Assembly (NCBI RefSeq): GCF_009914755.1 | Contig: NC_060938.1 | Reading direction: 5' to 3' (one strand) | Length of the DNA: 64,000 nt | Source: the human T2T-CHM13v2.0 reference genome, Homo sapiens | In this document: positions 60,678 to 64,000 of the stretch, piece by piece | How the letters are laid out: the number at the start of each line of letters is the position of its first letter | Position numbering within the stretch: the stretch's first letter is position 1 | Notes under the pieces: generated by a model | What the model was told of the DNA's origin: nothing | The model's database searches: none | Seen by the model: only the letters and a program-made list of their open reading frames with translations | Program-made: the position numbers and the translations under genes

Positions 60678-61453
60678 AGAAGCACTGTTAAATGTAAATG
60701 TTCCTGGGAGGTTCTAACCTGGGCAGTTCTGTCTCTCTACCTCTCCTCTCTGAGTCAACTCATGTATTCCCCTGCTCCAAGTATCCCCTCCAGATGATAA
60801 CGCTTAACCCTGTGCCTCCAGTCTCAAATGTGTTCACTCACCAAAGTCTTTAGACACTGATTTTATAAAACAGGCTGATTATAACCATGAATAAGTACTC
60901 TTGGCTGCATGTATTTCAGCAGTGACTTCGGGAGTGGAGGGTGGGGGTGGGTGACACATTGTTTAAGCGGCTGAATGAGTGTGAGTTCACAGAGAAGGTG
61001 GTTCTTCCCATAGCTGCTGGGTTGGGTGGGGCCAAATCTCTGACCCATGAGACCCACCCAGGGAGAGAGAAAAGGGGCAAGACAATGAGCTGGAGGGCCA
61101 CCCAGCCTGGGTTTCCACTGCAACTAACAACCTGTAATTAAGGTTCTCCCAAATGGAGGGTCTGCTTACAAGTGTCCTTTTTTATTTGCCCCTTCATTCT
61201 CAGAGTTAACACTTTGCTTATTCAAGAGAGGGGCTGTGCCTTGGCCATGATCCTCTGGGGAAAATGTCTTTGAAGGTCCAAAAAGTGTTTATACATACAA
61301 GTGTTGACAAGGGATGGTCTTCTCAAAGGATTCCTGCTGCCTGCCCAGTGCCTGTTTACTTAGACCTCACGTCCTCACTTAGAGGGCCCTGGATTCCAAA
61401 ATGCTCTTAAAAATAAGACACCTTTCAATATGTTTCCCAAATGCTTAGGAAAA

Positions 61454-61501
61454 CACACACACACACACATACACACACACACAGACACACACATACACAC
61501 A
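61454..61501 (+). repeat. (CA)n microsatellite
   Basis: Interrupted CA run. Confidence 0.9.
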
Positions 61502-61589
61502 ACCTTCTAAGAAGCCAACAAGAAAAATGACAATCTTGGCTCTTCCAAAGAGAGAAGGGGCTTCCTCAGGAAGTTATAAGCTCCCTATC

Positions 61590-61951
61590 TGGTATGGTTT
61601 GGTTGTGTCCCCACCCAAATCTCATCTTGAATTATAGTTCCTATAATTCCCATGTGTTATGGGAGGGACCCAGTGGGAGATAATTGAATCATGGGGGCAG
61701 TTTCCCTCATACTGTTCTCATGGTAGTGAATAAGTCTCGCAAGATCTGATGGTTTTATAAGGGGTTTCCCCTTTCACTTGGCTCCCATTCTCTCTTGTCT
61801 GCTGCCATGTAAGATGTGCCTTTCTTCTTCTGCCATAATTGTGAGGCCTCCCCAGCCACGTGGAACTGTGAGTTCATTAAACCTCTTTTTCTTTATAAAT
61901 TACCCAGTCTCGGGTATGTCTTTATCAGCAGCATGAAAACGGACTAATACA
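61590..61951 (+). mobile_element. THE1 solo LTR
   Basis: tggtatggtttgg...cccaaatctcatcttgaatt...gcatgaaaacggactaataca. Confidence 0.88.
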
Positions 61952-62559
61952 TCATCCCTGAAGGTAGGGAAGCAGGGGTTGATGAGCCCATGGGGGTGGG
62001 GAGGGAGTATATGTTGTGTAGAGGAGTTAACATACCCAACAGAGGCTCTGACCAAGAGTCCTCCAAGGTCTTACATGATGAATCTGAGACTCCAGATTTC
62101 TGGGGATCGCAGGCTAGAGTTCATCACAGTCCATGAGACCTAATCTTCTACCATTGGTGAAAGGGGATGTGGGGGAAATATAAGGTTTGGAGTCTTGGGT
62201 TCTAACCCTGACTCTACCACGTCCTAGATGTGTGATCTAGGGCATGTCACTTAGCCTCTCAGAGCCTCAGTTTCTTCTCTGTTGGGAGAGAGTGATACTT
62301 GCCTACCAATGTAGAAAGGATAAATGAGGCCACGCATGCTATGCATAAAGTGCACAGTAGGCACCCAATAAAGGCTCACTTCCTTTCTCCTCTGGCTGAT
62401 GGGTGTGGGGCAGAGAGGCAGCTCCTGCAAGCCCCACAAGCTTCCCCTCTGCCAGGGATGCAGGGATTAGGCACCATCATCACCTCCAGTCCCATCAGGG
62501 AAGAAAGCACTGCCCTCCTTAAACGCTATCTCTCAGCTCCTTAAAGACCCTCACGTCCT

Positions 62560-62845
62560 ATCGCCACAGGGCCTTTGCACAGGCTGTCCCGTGTGTCTGG
62601 AATGCTCATTGCCCTTCTTTCTCCACTCCACCTGGTTAGCGCTGACTGATCACTCTAATCTCACCCTGAGTCACTTCCTCCAGGAGACCTTCCCTGGCCT
62701 TACACATCCTCAGGGCACCCTTTCTTCTGGATCACTGATTAAGATCTGTGCTGCCCTTAACTCCTCGGAGGCGGGGTCCACATTAGTCTTATGCTTTACC
62801 GTATCCTCAGCAGTGCTCAGTAAGTATTTGCTGAATGAATGAAAC
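62560..62845. mobile_element. L2 3' end fragment
   Basis: cagggcctttgcac...ctggaatgctc...gtgctcagtaagtatttgctgaatgaatgaa. Confidence 0.7.
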
Positions 62846-64000
62846 CATGAATATAAGGCTCCTTCCCTCCCTGCACCTCTGGCCATCAGCTTCTTCCTCA
62901 ATACATCGGAGGCCACCACTGAGACACGGGCCACCTGCTGTCTGCGAGCTGTTCTCACTGTGCCCATGGTTCACCAGGATATCTGGGCTCCACTTGTTAG
63001 TGAACTCACTAACTCAGGACCAAAGGTCCTGAGCTCCACTCTTCACCTCACTCAGGGGCCTCCTAGGCACCTTGAGCATCTCTGTGAGGCCGACTTTCCT
63101 ATGCTCATTTTACAGAGGAAGAAACTGAGTCTGGGAGAGTACCCAGTCCAAGGTCACACAGATAGGCTCAGCTCTCCAGTGTCACTCCAGAGCCCAGGCT
63201 CTTCCTACTATCCCACGTGGCATTTCTCACAAGAAACAGCAATTAAAACGACAACAAAAGTCTCTGGGGCCTCTGTTGTTCAACCGGGATCTGTGGAGGA
63301 TGGGTGTGCTCTGACCTGGGGCCTGGAGGGAGGAAGTCACATCCCATCACCACTGAGGCTAAGGGTCTTAACTGGGACCTGGCCAGGTCTCAGTACCCAC
63401 TACAAAGATGCTTCCAGGCAGGCGCCAAGCGTGGGATGGTGGGAGGAGGCCCACTGAGCCAGCTGCTCTCTGGCATGGAGGGTGCGCCCGCCCCACTGCC
63501 TCTCACGAAACCCTCACTGAGCCACGTGTTGGCCTCTGAAGGCCCCTCTGAGCACTACTCAGTCCCTGCTGGCTTCCTCCTCCTGGGTGTCCCCAAGACT
63601 CCCAGGAAGGGGGTGTGGCCAGGACCACTGTCTTGCTCTGGCAGCGCCAGCAGGTCTTAGGGCAGCCCTGGTTTCCCGGACTGGGCCCTGCCACTTCTGA
63701 CTTGGATGTTGTCTTTGCTAAGTTCTGGGCACCAGAAGCACTGAATTACAGCCCTGCGTTCGCTCCCCGTAAGAACTCAGAGGCTCCGGGAATTTCCCAC
63801 ACGTGGACACGATGGCAGTGGCTGGGCAGGGGGCTGGGTTCGTCTTGCCTCCTCACTGGGGTGGCTCTGCGTGGATGTCAGGACACAGAGATGTATTTTT
63901 TCAGTTGATTTTGGAGAGGGAGAGGGATGGGACGATCTGAGCTGGCCTGTGGTTTAGCTAATAGGTGAGAAGTGCCCATGGATGTAATGATGGAGTGATA

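Larger units (their letters stand above)
57986..64000 (-). other. SYNE3: Last intron of SYNE3 (partial)
   Basis: Lies upstream of the terminal exon acceptor. Repeat-filled, with no recognisable spectrin-repeat coding exon. Confidence 0.8.

Noticed and set aside
59444-60691. 415-aa ORF and antisense 237-aa Pro/Ser ORF
   Set aside because: Products of the GAT/GGT triplet array; low complexity, intronic, no domain or splice support.

Overview
Primate (very probably human) genomic DNA, repeat-rich and almost entirely non-coding. The only well-supported coding sequence is a 201-nt terminal exon on the minus strand (57785-57985) encoding a transmembrane helix plus KASH peptide ending in PPPT, recognised as the C-terminus of nesprin-3 (SYNE3). 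This places the window, from recollection, at 14q32.13 between CLMN and SYNE3. 57986-64000 is the last SYNE3 intron. About 47230-57784 is probably a ~10.5 kb 3'UTR ending at an AATAAA plus GU-rich poly(A) signal, overlapping what I recall as LINC00341/C14orf139. 1-47200 is intergenic, with a small orphan CpG island and many Alu, MaLR/ERVL LTR, L1, L2/MIR, hAT DNA-transposon and simple repeats. The most unusual structure is a composite retro-insertion in the SYNE3 3'UTR (55355-56089): an HSP90AA1-like 3'UTR retrocopy with poly(A) and TSD, split by an Alu, whose 5' junction carries an inverted copy of its own upstream flank and forms a ~99-nt hairpin. Other points of interest are a near-pristine AluYa-type insertion, nuclear-receptor half-site clusters and several VNTRs. 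I see no convincing evidence of a novel multi-gene system. Nearly all ORF-track ORFs are repeat-derived or chance. Repeat family names and boundaries were assigned by eye and are approximate.
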